40,356 bases of DNA from Bacillota bacterium (GTDB lineage Bacteria > Bacillota > Bacilli > Paenibacillales > NBRC-103111). Below, in pieces: positions 18,099 to 27,273 of the stretch (the first letter of the stretch is position 1; every line of letters starts with the position of its first letter). The notes beneath the pieces were generated by a model that saw only the letters and a program-made list of their open reading frames with translations, was not told the origin of the DNA and searched no databases. The stretch spans positions 1 to 40,356 of the forward strand of contig JAEWAA010000489.1 of NCBI GenBank assembly GCA_023391955.1, read 5' to 3'. A program made the position numbers and the translations under genes.

Positions 18099-19385
18099 AT
18101 GTCTCAGTCGCCGCTTGCTCCGCTCATACCGCCGCGATTGAAGAACGATTGTTTTGCACTTCCACCGGGCGTTGATTGGACACCAGTGGATGCGGCGCTG
18201 GAATTGCTGCGCGCCAACCTTTCCTGCGTTGTCGAGACACAGGAGGTAGCCGTCGCCGATGCGCTTGGCCTTGTCCTGGCGCAGAATGCCGCTGCACGTC
18301 GTTCCAATCCGCCTGCTGCCAACTCAGCCGTCGATGGATATGGATTTGCTCATGCCGCCACCAGTGACGGACCCCAGGTTCTGCCGCTCGCTGATGGGCG
18401 CGCGGCAGCAGGTAGGCCATTCAGCGGACGCGTCCCCGTGGGGACGGCAATCCGCATTCTGACGGGAGCGATCCTGCCTGAAGGCGTCGACACCGTCGTG
18501 TTGGAGGAAGACACCACAAGCGACGGCCAGCGCGTTGCCTTCCACGGCCCGATCAAAAAGCAATCGAATACGCGCAAGGCAGGCGAGGATGTAACTGCCG
18601 GTGAGGTTGTGCTGCCAAGCGGGCATCGCCTGCGTCCGGCGGATTTAGCCCTTCTGTCTGCCGTCGGCATATCCCAGGTGACCGTGTACCGTCAGCTGCG
18701 CATGGGCGTATTGTCCACGGGCGACGAGGTCGCAGCTGCCTCCGATGAGGCGCTCTTAGATAACAGTCGCATCTATGACGCCAATAGGCCGATGCTGTTG
18801 GCAATGGCGTGTCGCTGGAACCACGTGCCTGTAGACCTCGGTCATGTCGGCGACGATCGCGCAGCGCTTGCCGGCCGGCTGGATCGCGCGGTCCCGCAAG
18901 TCGATGTGATCTTCACCTCCGGTGGCGCATCGGCCGGAGACGAGGATCATGTTTCGGCACTGCTGCAGGAAGCGGGGGTGTTGCAGAGCTGGCGCATTGC
19001 GGTCAAGCCTGGTCGACCCTTGGCGCTGGGTCTGTGGCAGGGTGTTCCCGTCATCGGTCTGCCGGGAAATCCGGTGGCCGCATTTGTTTGTGCCTTGGTC
19101 TTTGGAAGACCAGTGCTTTCGGTGCTGGCCGGCGAAGGCTGGCAGGAGCCCACCGGCTTCATGGTCCCGGCCGCGTTTGAAAAGAACAAGCGCGCCGGTC
19201 GGCGAGAATATCTGCGGGCGCGGTTGACACCGCAGGGCCACGCGGAAGTGTTTCGATCAGAAGGGTCAGGACGTATCAGATCGATCTCGTGGGCGAGCGG
19301 ATTGGTGGAACTTGGCGATGGCGCAAGGCAGGTGGTGCCAGGCGATCTTGTTCGCTTCCTTCCCTACGCAAGCTTTGGGCTGTAG
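18099..19385 (+). CDS. moeA: Molybdopterin molybdotransferase MoeA (gephyrin-like)
   Basis: NSAVDGYG, RILTGA, STGDE, IYDANRP, SGGASAGDED, KPGRP and LPGNP motifs all intact. Confidence 0.94.
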   Translation: MSQSPLAPLIPPRLKNDCFALPPGVDWTPVDAALELLRANLSCVVETQEVAVADALGLVLAQNAAARRSNPPAANSAVDGYGFAHAATSDGPQVLPLADGRAAAGRPFSGRVPVGTAIRILTGAILPEGVDTVVLEEDTTSDGQRVAFHGPIKKQSNTRKAGEDVTAGEVVLPSGHRLRPADLALLSAVGISQVTVYRQLRMGVLSTGDEVAAASDEALLDNSRIYDANRPMLLAMACRWNHVPVDLGHVGDDRAALAGRLDRAVPQVDVIFTSGGASAGDEDHVSALLQEAGVLQSWRIAVKPGRPLALGLWQGVPVIGLPGNPVAAFVCALVFGRPVLSVLAGEGWQEPTGFMVPAAFEKNKRAGRREYLRARLTPQGHAEVFRSEGSGRIRSISWASGLVELGDGARQVVPGDLVRFLPYASFGL

Positions 19386-19387
19386 TG

Positions 19388-19431
19388 CGACAAGATATGC
19401 GAAGTTGAGATGTTGTCACGACAAGATTTGC
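19388..19431. repeat. 13-bp direct repeat CGACAAGAT(A/T)TGC, 31 bp apart, with an overlapping TTGTCACGACAA palindrome
   Basis: Copies at 19388-19400 and 19419-19431; palindrome at 19413-19424. Confidence 0.4.
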
Positions 19432-19666
19432 TGCAGACCCGGCGCCACAGGATTGTTCGCCTCGCCTTCGACGGGCTCCTTGACGACTGCATAGCGAGCT
19501 GACCTGGCGCGGTTGCAGCGTCTGCCGCACCGAGTGCTCACGACGTTTAGGAACATAAACCGGCAGTCACTGGTTATCGTCCCGCTTGCAAGTTGAACGA
19601 TCATCCCGCATGCTATCGAGGTTATTTCTATAGTCGCGGCCTGATCAACGAGAATAGGAGCTGGCG

Positions 19667-20389
19667 ATGAGAGAATTCGTGCTTGCGGGCGCCTTTACCC
19701 TTTCGATTTCGACTTGCTGGGCACAAACTACGACACCACCAGCGTCACCCGCTCCTCAGGCCCCCGGTCTGGCTGATCCAGCAAGGGTGTTGTCACAAGA
19801 CGGGCCGGCGAATCTTTGCCAGGAAATTCTTGCCTTCATGAAGGCGCCACCACCGGCAGACGCGCCGGCGCCGGCTGCGGCGGCAAAACCGGCGACCGGC
19901 ATACAGCAGCAGGCAAAGTCTCCCCCGGCGGCCGACAAATCAACGGGGTCGACGGCTTTAGCTGGTACGACACAAACCGATACTGGCATCAAGAGAGACG
20001 CGGCAGGAGACGACGCTTCAAATTCGGCCCAAGCCGTTACCGGGCAGGATGGGGTCGCGACCGATGCGCCCGATGAGGAGGATGCCGGTCAGGCGAATTC
20101 TGGGTCCGTCGCGAACGCACCTCAAAAAGAGTCGCGAGCAGCACCGGTCCCTCCGGCAGATGTGACCAGCACTCCCAAGGAGTCCGTGCTGAGCGTGGAA
20201 GAGGCTCAGCAGCTTGTTGACGCCGACGATCTGCCGCGATGCCAGGAAAAGGCGCGCGCGATGAGGGTGGCGGGCGTCTCTATGCCGCCGCCATTGATTG
20301 CCCTAGCGGCATTGGATCTTCGGTATCACCGAAATGCCGGTGCAGGCAGTAACCCCGTCGGTGCTCCCGATCCGCAAACAGACAACTAG
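19667..20389 (+). CDS. Exported hypothetical protein (240 aa) with two Cys-containing helical ends and a low-complexity linker
   Basis: AGGAG RBS, Sec signal peptide, NLCQEILAF and PRCQEKAR segments flanking an A/P/T/D-rich linker. Confidence 0.75.
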   Translation: MREFVLAGAFTLSISTCWAQTTTPPASPAPQAPGLADPARVLSQDGPANLCQEILAFMKAPPPADAPAPAAAAKPATGIQQQAKSPPAADKSTGSTALAGTTQTDTGIKRDAAGDDASNSAQAVTGQDGVATDAPDEEDAGQANSGSVANAPQKESRAAPVPPADVTSTPKESVLSVEEAQQLVDADDLPRCQEKARAMRVAGVSMPPPLIALAALDLRYHRNAGAGSNPVGAPDPQTDN

Positions 20390-20471
20390 ATTGCTCGTCT
20401 CGGCATCCGGAGACAGCCGGGGGCGGGGATTGAGCGTTGCATCAAAGGGATAAGGGAAAAGGAGGTTTGCA

Positions 20472-20684
20472 GTGGGGATGATTGTCACAGGGATAGCCCT
20501 TGCGGGAGCCATTGCATTTGGTGCAAGCCTTTATTTCCAGAATCTACAGCCAGCAGAGCCGGCTTGGCAGGTCTATAGCACTGAGGGCGCGCGCGTCGGG
20601 GACCCTGGCCACAACCTCGTCGGAGAAAACTGGTCTGGCAACCCTGACAGCGCCGCGAATGCGAGCGAACAAGCACCCTCCTGA
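20472..20684 (+). CDS. Small membrane-anchored hypothetical protein (70 aa)
   Basis: GGAGG RBS, N-terminal TM/signal segment, then YSTEGARVGDPGHNLVGENWSG. Confidence 0.7.
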   Translation: MGMIVTGIALAGAIAFGASLYFQNLQPAEPAWQVYSTEGARVGDPGHNLVGENWSGNPDSAANASEQAPS

Positions 20685-20844
20685 CCATCATCCGTGTGTT
20701 CGCTAAGGGTCAGCGGGACGCGCTGGCGCTCCGTAGTGCAAGTCTGCTTCAGGCAGGGCGTTGGATGCACGAGAAAACGGCCGGCTGGACTGCCGCCCGC
20801 GCCTCCCATTCGCGCCGCTCAGGTTGAGCCGATGCTACCGCCGC

Positions 20845-21858
20845 TTATTCCGCGGGTTCGGCAGCGGTCTGTCCCCGCGGCCGGATCGCACCCTTTCGCT
20901 GCTGCTCTTCGACCCAGGCGCTGTGATGTTCCTTCGCCCAGTTGAGGTCCACCGCACCGGAGCCCATCGCCTGATAGGCACCTTCCATGCCCAGTGTGCC
21001 GATATAGATGTGGGCGAGGATGACAGCGACCATGATGATGCCGACGATAGCATGCACATATTGGGCCCACTGCATGCCGTTGATATCGGTAAAAGCGAAC
21101 GGAAATAACAAGTATATCCCGGTGAACGACAAAGAGACCCCGCCCAGGACGACCGACCAAAAGATTAATTTCTGTCCCGTGTTGAAACGGCCTGACGGCA
21201 GGTGTCTTCTATTGGTCCGCTCAAAGAAGCCGCCGGCTGATCTTAGCCATGCCGCATCATAGCGGTCGGGAAGATTGTGCCGGATCCAGGCCACGAACAT
21301 CAATACGACGCCCGCCATGAATGCCCAAGAAACGTAGTGATGGGCATACTTGGCCCAGATCGACCACGTCGAGAATGCCTCGGGCCCGATCAGCGGCATC
21401 AGCAGGCGCCTTCCGAAGATAAGGTTGAGACCCGTGATCGCAAGGACGATGAACGCCGTTGCAGTTGTCCAGTGCAGCAAGCGCTCCGCGGCGTTGAAAC
21501 GCACGATCGTTTGTCCGGACGGATGGGTCTTCAGCCGAATGCGGCCCATGGCGAAGTAGTAAATTCCGATCAGGAGCAGCATGCCGACGATAACAAAGCC
21601 GGCCACCCACGGTAATGCAGTCCGCTCGAAGGTCTGATAGTCCCGGCCCTGTGGCTGTTGAAGCGTCGTCGCCTTGGGATCGGGGATGCTCACGCGGCCC
21701 TGGATCTTGCCAAGCTCGTCGAGAAGCTGTTGCTCGCTCAGCTCCTGTCTCTGGCCTGCTGGCTCTTGCGCCGCCACCGGCTCGATCAATAGGCCACAGC
21801 TTACGATCAGCGCGACAACCGTCGGACAAACCAGTTGATAAAGGCTTAGGTTTCGCAT
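20845..21858 (-). CDS. Formate dehydrogenase subunit gamma (cytochrome b556-type membrane anchor)
   Basis: RFNAAERLLHW, AHHY, RFNTGQKLIFW, YVHA and AHIYIGTLGMEGA...WAKEHH motifs; N-terminal signal-like extension; GGAGGAGG RBS before 21858. Confidence 0.93.
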   Translation of the reverse strand: MRNLSLYQLVCPTVVALIVSCGLLIEPVAAQEPAGQRQELSEQQLLDELGKIQGRVSIPDPKATTLQQPQGRDYQTFERTALPWVAGFVIVGMLLLIGIYYFAMGRIRLKTHPSGQTIVRFNAAERLLHWTTATAFIVLAITGLNLIFGRRLLMPLIGPEAFSTWSIWAKYAHHYVSWAFMAGVVLMFVAWIRHNLPDRYDAAWLRSAGGFFERTNRRHLPSGRFNTGQKLIFWSVVLGGVSLSFTGIYLLFPFAFTDINGMQWAQYVHAIVGIIMVAVILAHIYIGTLGMEGAYQAMGSGAVDLNWAKEHHSAWVEEQQRKGAIRPRGQTAAEPAE

Positions 21859-21981
21859 TTGCTCCTCCTCCCAACCTGTCTCGCGCAAGGCGCTCGTCAG
21901 CAATCATCGCGCAAGGCAGCGCGCTCACGTCCCCGTCGTCATCGTGCCGTCGCCGGTTGGCCTCAGCCGACGGCACATGCA

Positions 21982-22578
21982 CTAGACGTCCACGGTCTCA
22001 CGATATGCGGTGCGCCAGCCCCATGCGCCTGAGCCATAGCCACGCTGGGTAACCCGTTCCTTGTAGATCGCAGCGATGATCTCGCCGTCACCCGCCAGCA
22101 GCGATTTGGTGGAGCACATTTCAGCACACAGGGGTAGTTTACCCTCGGCCAGCCGGTTGGCTCCATATTTTGCATATTCAATTTCTGTGGAATCGGCCTC
22201 CGGCCCTGCCGCACAAAAGGTGCATTTGTCCATCTTGCCACGGGAGCCGAAATTGCCAACGCGCGGATATTGCGGCGCGCCGAACGGACAGGCGTAGAAA
22301 CAGTAGCCGCAGCCAATACACAGATCCTTGGAATGCAGCACCACGGCATCGGCCGTGGTGTAGAAACAGTCCACAGGACATACGGCCGCGCAGGGGGCGT
22401 CGGTACAATGCATACAGGCCATCGACACAGAGCGCTCGCCCGGCTTGCCGTCATTGATGGTTACGACCCGGCGCCGATTGATGCCCCAGGGAACGTCGTG
22501 TTCATTCTTGCATGCGGTGACACAGGCATTGCACTCGATACAGCGTTCGGCGTCGCACAGGAACTTCATTCGGGCCAT
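21982..22578 (-). CDS. Formate dehydrogenase iron-sulfur subunit beta (4x[4Fe-4S])
   Basis: CIECNACVTAC, CMHCTDAPCAAVCP, CIGCGYCFYACP and KCTFC...PLCAEMC motifs. Confidence 0.96.
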   Translation of the reverse strand: MARMKFLCDAERCIECNACVTACKNEHDVPWGINRRRVVTINDGKPGERSVSMACMHCTDAPCAAVCPVDCFYTTADAVVLHSKDLCIGCGYCFYACPFGAPQYPRVGNFGSRGKMDKCTFCAAGPEADSTEIEYAKYGANRLAEGKLPLCAEMCSTKSLLAGDGEIIAAIYKERVTQRGYGSGAWGWRTAYRETVDV

Positions 22579-22590
22579 TGTTGCTCCTCC

Positions 22591-25512
22591 CTACACCGCA
22601 GCGATCTGGCAAAGTGTCACCTTTGGCTCCTGCATCCCGGTCACCGGATCATAGCCATAGGTGGTAATACTGTTGGCGCTTTCGCCCAGAACGTAGGGGT
22701 CCGTCCCTTCCGGGTAATTTGCGCGCATGTCCTCGCCGCGGAACCATCCACCGAAGTGGAAGGGCATGAATGCAACGCCCTTACCGACACGTTCGGTGAC
22801 GAGCGCTTTCACCTTTGCCTTGACGTCGTTTTCCGCGCCGTTCACCCAGACCCAGCCGCCGTCACTGATCCCTCGCTCAGCTGCATCTCCGGGATTGATC
22901 TCGACAAACATGTCCTGCTGCAGTTCGGCAAGCCAGCGGTTCGAGCGGGTTTCCTCGCCGCCGCCCTCGTACTCGACCAGACGCCCCGTCGTCAGGATGA
23001 TGGGGAAGGTCTTGGCGATCTCCTTGTCGACGGCCGCCTTTTGCACACTGAACCCGATATTGGGTAGGCGGAATTGCTTGGCATCCGGATAGGTTGGGTA
23101 TTTGGCGACAAGATCCACCCTCGGCGTGTAGATCGGCTCGCGATGGACCGGCACCGGATCGGGCAAGTTCCAGGCCAGTGCCCTCGCCTTGCCATTCCCA
23201 TAAGGATGACAGCCATGGCTGAGCACCACGCGTTGAATGCCCCCGGAAAGATCAGTCGACCACGACACCTTGCCGATGTCGCCCATGTCCGCACCAATCT
23301 CCTCAATGACGCTCATTTCTTCTGGCGTGAGATCTCGATCCCAGCCGAGTTTCTGAAGCACCGCCATCGTAAACTCGGGGTAACCATCGGTAAGTTCTGA
23401 ACCCTCCGTATAGGAGCCCTCTGCAAGCAGCGTCTCACCGTTACGCTCGACGCCGAACCGTGCCCGGAACGGACTGCCGCCGTCCATGACATGCAGACCG
23501 GTGCTATAGAGGTTCGCAGTGCCCGGATGGCGGACCTCGGGTTTGCCCCAGCATGGCCAGGGAAGGCCGTAATAGTCGCCCCCGACCTCGGGGTCGTCTT
23601 TGGGCGCCCGCAAGGTGACGAGGTCAAACTTGTGCTGGTTGCGCATATGCGCTTTGAGACGCTCGGGGGACTGGCCACAATAGCCGGTCGACCAGCTGCC
23701 ACGGTTCATTTCCCGCAATATGTCCTCGGGCACCGGCCGATCACCTTCGACGGCGATATGCTTAAACATCCATTCCGCAAGACCAAGCTTCTTGGATAAC
23801 AGGTATAGGACTTGATAATCATCCTTCTGCTCGAAGCTTGGTGGAACGATCTGCTCGCCCCACTGGAGAGCGCGATTGGAAGCAACCCGTGATCCCGACG
23901 TTTCGAACTGCGTGCACACCGGCAAGAGGTAGGTATTATCCTTCCGCCCTGCCTGAACGGCGAGAGAGGCCCAGGTCGTCGGATGGGGATCGGCCACGAC
24001 GAGGAGTTCAAGGCCGGCAAGTCCTTTGAGTGACTCTGGAATGCGCGTGATACTGTTGCTGGCGTGACCCTGGACGAACATGGATCGCATGACGTCCGGC
24101 TGCGCGACGTCTTCGGCCGGCAGGGAAACGGAATCGAACCATCGAGTCAGCGGGATGCCGGGCGTCTCCATCAGCTCCTTTGACGAGAACTGACCCACCA
24201 GATCGTCATAGGGAATTTCCCAAACCCGCGCCCAATGCTTCCACGCACCTTCCGTCAGTCCGTAGTAGAAGGGTAAGGTGACGACATCGAGCCCGATATC
24301 GGTGGCGCCTTGCACATTGTCATGCCCGCGGAAAATATTGGCGCCGGTGCCAGGTTTGCCGATATTGCCGGTTGCCAGACAGAGGATGCAGCTGGCTCGT
24401 GTGTTTGCAGTTCCCACGGTGTGGTGTGTCTGGCCCATACACCAGATGATTGTCGACGGCTTCTGGGTCGCAAATGTTTCGGCAACGCGCTTCAATTGCT
24501 CTCCTGGGACGCCCGTGATCCTCTCCACTTCGTCGGGAGTGTATTTCGCAACTTCCTTGCGGACCTCATCCATCCCGTAAACGCGCTGGGCGATGAATTC
24601 CTTGTCCTCCCAGCCATTTTCGAAGATATGCCACAGCATTCCCCAGATCAGCGCAATGTCAGTGCCGGATCTGAACCGCACATATTCCGTGGCATGGGCA
24701 GCCGTGCGCGTGAAGCGGGGGTCCATGACGATGAAATTGGCGTTGTTGAGCTCCTTGCCTTCAAGCAGATGCTGCATGGCGACGGGATGTGCTTCGGCCG
24801 GGTTGCCGCCAAGGACGAGCATTGTTTTTGAGTTTCGGATGTCATTGTACGAATTGGTCATTGCGCCATAGCCCCAGGTATTGGCTACCCCGGCGACGGT
24901 GGTTGAATGACAGATCCGAGCCTGATGATCCTGATTGTTCGTTCCCCACAGCGCGGCAAGCTTGCGAAACAGGTAGGTGCCTTCGTTGGAGAACTTTGCC
25001 GACCCCATCCAGTAGGTGGATTCGGGGCCGGATTTTTCGCGGATTTCGAGAAGCTTGTCTCCAATGCCATTGATGGCATCCTCCCAGGATGTCCTTTCCC
25101 ATTGGCCGTTGACGAGCTTCATCGGGTATTTCAGGCGGCGGTCGCTATGCACCAGCTCGCGAACACTTGCGCCCTTGGCGCAATGGGAGCCCCGGTTGAA
25201 GGGGCTGTCCCATGACGGTTCCTGACCCGTCCACACGCCATTTTGCACCTCAGCTGTTACCGTGCATCCGACCGAGCAATGGGTGCATATGCTCTTTTTC
25301 AACTCAATCGGCACGCCAGGTTGTGGAGGGCTGATTGCGGACGCTTTTCTGACAGTGCCAAGCTGGATTGTGCCGAGTGCCGCCACACCGCCGGCGACGA
25401 GGCCGGAACGACGTAGGAATGCTCGGCGGTCCAAAGGCGCCGCCGAAATACTGGCGGCCAGAGATTGAAGTTGCGTGAAGCCTGCTTGTCGATCCTTGCG
25501 CTTCGTCAGCAT
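22591..25512 (-). CDS. Formate dehydrogenase catalytic subunit alpha (Mo/W-bisPGD, Cys ligand, Tat-exported), 973 aa
   Basis: Tat motif DRRAFLRR, CTHCSVGC...HCAKG Fe-S motif, active-site ARICHS and FRGHDNVQG, C-terminal molybdopterin dinucleotide domain; GAGG RBS before the ATG at 25512. Confidence 0.96.
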   Translation of the reverse strand: MLTKRKDRQAGFTQLQSLAASISAAPLDRRAFLRRSGLVAGGVAALGTIQLGTVRKASAISPPQPGVPIELKKSICTHCSVGCTVTAEVQNGVWTGQEPSWDSPFNRGSHCAKGASVRELVHSDRRLKYPMKLVNGQWERTSWEDAINGIGDKLLEIREKSGPESTYWMGSAKFSNEGTYLFRKLAALWGTNNQDHQARICHSTTVAGVANTWGYGAMTNSYNDIRNSKTMLVLGGNPAEAHPVAMQHLLEGKELNNANFIVMDPRFTRTAAHATEYVRFRSGTDIALIWGMLWHIFENGWEDKEFIAQRVYGMDEVRKEVAKYTPDEVERITGVPGEQLKRVAETFATQKPSTIIWCMGQTHHTVGTANTRASCILCLATGNIGKPGTGANIFRGHDNVQGATDIGLDVVTLPFYYGLTEGAWKHWARVWEIPYDDLVGQFSSKELMETPGIPLTRWFDSVSLPAEDVAQPDVMRSMFVQGHASNSITRIPESLKGLAGLELLVVADPHPTTWASLAVQAGRKDNTYLLPVCTQFETSGSRVASNRALQWGEQIVPPSFEQKDDYQVLYLLSKKLGLAEWMFKHIAVEGDRPVPEDILREMNRGSWSTGYCGQSPERLKAHMRNQHKFDLVTLRAPKDDPEVGGDYYGLPWPCWGKPEVRHPGTANLYSTGLHVMDGGSPFRARFGVERNGETLLAEGSYTEGSELTDGYPEFTMAVLQKLGWDRDLTPEEMSVIEEIGADMGDIGKVSWSTDLSGGIQRVVLSHGCHPYGNGKARALAWNLPDPVPVHREPIYTPRVDLVAKYPTYPDAKQFRLPNIGFSVQKAAVDKEIAKTFPIILTTGRLVEYEGGGEETRSNRWLAELQQDMFVEINPGDAAERGISDGGWVWVNGAENDVKAKVKALVTERVGKGVAFMPFHFGGWFRGEDMRANYPEGTDPYVLGESANSITTYGYDPVTGMQEPKVTLCQIAAV

Positions 25513-25519
25513 GGCAACC

Positions 25520-25729
25520 TCACTTCTGCTGGGGGTAACGATTGACCCGATAGAAAGCCTTGACGTGGTCGGTTTCCCGATATCGCTCGCCGGCCTCATC
25601 CTCACCCGGCTGGTAGGCCTGTGCTTCGCCGGCACCAAGCGTCACTGCCGCGACGACTGTGCTGGACGCGCCACCAAATGCCCTGAGGAAGCTGCGCCGG
25701 CCGAGGGCCACTTGTCGCTCGTCTTGCAT
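25520..25729 (-). CDS. Small twin-arginine signal protein of the FDH cluster (69 aa)
   Basis: GGAGGAAGG RBS; GRRSFLR Tat motif, AQA cleavage site, mature tail RYRETDHVKAFYRVNRY. Confidence 0.85.
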   Translation of the reverse strand: MQDERQVALGRRSFLRAFGGASSTVVAAVTLGAGEAQAYQPGEDEAGERYRETDHVKAFYRVNRYPQQK

Positions 25730-25766
25730 GTCCTTCCTCCTCCTTCGGCACCCTGCCGGTTCGCGT

Positions 25767-26441
25767 CTATGCTGTCTGCCGTGCCTCCATGGCAAAGGCG
25801 TCGGTTTCAATGTCGATAAACAGGCGCCCCAGCGCCCCGACCGACCGGTAAAATTTGGCCGCCCCTGCGCGTTCCAGGTCGCTGAAAAAGCGTCCTGCCC
25901 AAGGCTCCATATGGCGCTCGAAGAAGTCCTGTTCTTCGCTGTCGGATATCGGAAACCGCTTGCAGGCAAAGCCGCTCATCATTTCGCATAAGCTTGCGAG
26001 ATGATCTTCCGGTTCGCAATTGCCTTCCGGGCGTTCGAGCCCCAGTCGGGCCATGTCCGCGCGCAGGCGCGCAAGCGGTCGCTCGTTGAGGAAGCCAGTC
26101 AGATAATAGGATTCGTAGGGAAGGAGCTCTCCGCGCCCCACGCCGATAAACAGGTCGCTGAATTCTCGACGAACCGCTTCCGGTGCGCATGATGCTGCCG
26201 CCTGGGCAAGGCTAGAATGCGCACGGCCAATCGGGGTTTCAGGGTTAAAGTGCAGGCGCGCCAGATTGGCGAGCAGGTCGCTGCTCGGTGGCCTGATCAG
26301 AAGGGCAGCGAGCAGCGCATATTCGTCGGCTCGCGCCTGATCAATTTCGTTGACGGCAGCTGCCGCCGGGCCGACACTTGGAGCATTGGCTCCATCGGGT
26401 TGTTCCCAAGCCTCAACTGATAGCAAGTCTGGGTTCATCAT
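25767..26441 (-). CDS. TorD/DmsD-family redox enzyme maturation chaperone
   Basis: LFIGVGRGELLPYESYY, EPEDHLASLCEMM and FFERHMEPW motifs. Confidence 0.92.
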   Translation of the reverse strand: MMNPDLLSVEAWEQPDGANAPSVGPAAAAVNEIDQARADEYALLAALLIRPPSSDLLANLARLHFNPETPIGRAHSSLAQAAASCAPEAVRREFSDLFIGVGRGELLPYESYYLTGFLNERPLARLRADMARLGLERPEGNCEPEDHLASLCEMMSGFACKRFPISDSEEQDFFERHMEPWAGRFFSDLERAGAAKFYRSVGALGRLFIDIETDAFAMEARQTA

Positions 26442-26471
26442 ATGACCTGACCATGCTGCATCACTGTAAGT

Positions 26472-26499
26472 TATAGTAACCCACTATCGAATGAATGCA
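26472..26499 (-). promoter_or_regulatory. Candidate internal sigma70 promoter for the chaperone-FDH structural genes
   Basis: Minus strand reads TTGCAT-N16-TACTAT in an AT-rich 106-bp gap; GTTA-TAG-TAAC dyad over the -10. Confidence 0.3.
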
Positions 26500-26547
26500 A
26501 CAGCAGGACGGTTCACGACCATGATGGAAGATCGCCGAACAGCGCCA

Positions 26548-27273
26548 TCAGCGGGGTAATGCACCGCCATGCCGGGACAGCGCGTAACCGTCGGCTCGCG
26601 GGAAAGAACCCGGTTCTTTGCGTGACGGCGCTTGCGCAGCGGGTGGCTCCGGGGTGGCTTGAGAGGAGTCTCTATCGACGTCGCCAACCTGCTCCTTGCT
26701 TAAGGGTTCAATCCCCGCCAAGGCCTGCCGTTTGCTAGGGGACGGAGCTTTCTCCACACTCGTTTCAGGATGAGCCTCAACCGGCAAGACCTGCGTCGAT
26801 GTAGGCTGATCCTCCTGCGTAACACCCTCGAGTGTGCGCGCTGCCTTCGACAAGAAACCCACCACGGTTTCTTTCGCATCGAGCGGGCCGAACCCACCCA
26901 TCGAACCGGCTTCGTTGAAATCCCAAGCATATTCGGAAGGTCCCACGTAGTCGCGGATTCCGGGATCGAGCGACCACATCTTTCGCATCGCTGCATGCCT
27001 GAGTGCCTTTGGAACTTCTTTCCTCAAGAAGGCTGCTAGGTCGCTTTCGACCGTCAGGTCCTCTAGACGCGGTAGGGGTTCGGTCACCTCCGGAGCCTCA
27101 AGCTCCGACGGATCGGTTTCGACGACGATAGGGTCAGGCGAGGCAGCCGCAACATCCCCGGCGCGGACATTCGATGCCAGTTCCTTTGCCGGAGAGGGCG
27201 CATCACCTGATGTTCGCGCGTTCAGCTTTCGACGTGACCAGCGGGCGATGGGATTGTCGCGGTCGCTATTCAT
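26548..27273 (-). CDS. DUF3306-like protein
   Basis: RWSRRK, DLAAFLRKEVPKALRHAAMRKMW..DP...Y.WDF, C-terminal RHGGALPR; FDH context. Confidence 0.8.
   Translation of the reverse strand: MNSDRDNPIARWSRRKLNARTSGDAPSPAKELASNVRAGDVAAASPDPIVVETDPSELEAPEVTEPLPRLEDLTVESDLAAFLRKEVPKALRHAAMRKMWSLDPGIRDYVGPSEYAWDFNEAGSMGGFGPLDAKETVVGFLSKAARTLEGVTQEDQPTSTQVLPVEAHPETSVEKAPSPSKRQALAGIEPLSKEQVGDVDRDSSQATPEPPAAQAPSRKEPGSFPRADGYALSRHGGALPR

Noticed and set aside
22591..25512. Selenocysteine recoding in FDH alpha
   Set aside because: The frame is open throughout and the active site reads ARICHS with a Cys codon; there is no in-frame TGA and no sel gene in the window.
25513..25638. N-terminal extension of FDH alpha to 1015 aa as given in the ORF track
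   Set aside because: It overlaps the small Tat gene; the RBS and Tat signal position support the start at 25512.
26469..26489. Possible ModE/Mop box upstream of the TorD gene
   Set aside because: Only a partial resemblance to the CGTTATA...TATAACG consensus, and no modE gene in the window.
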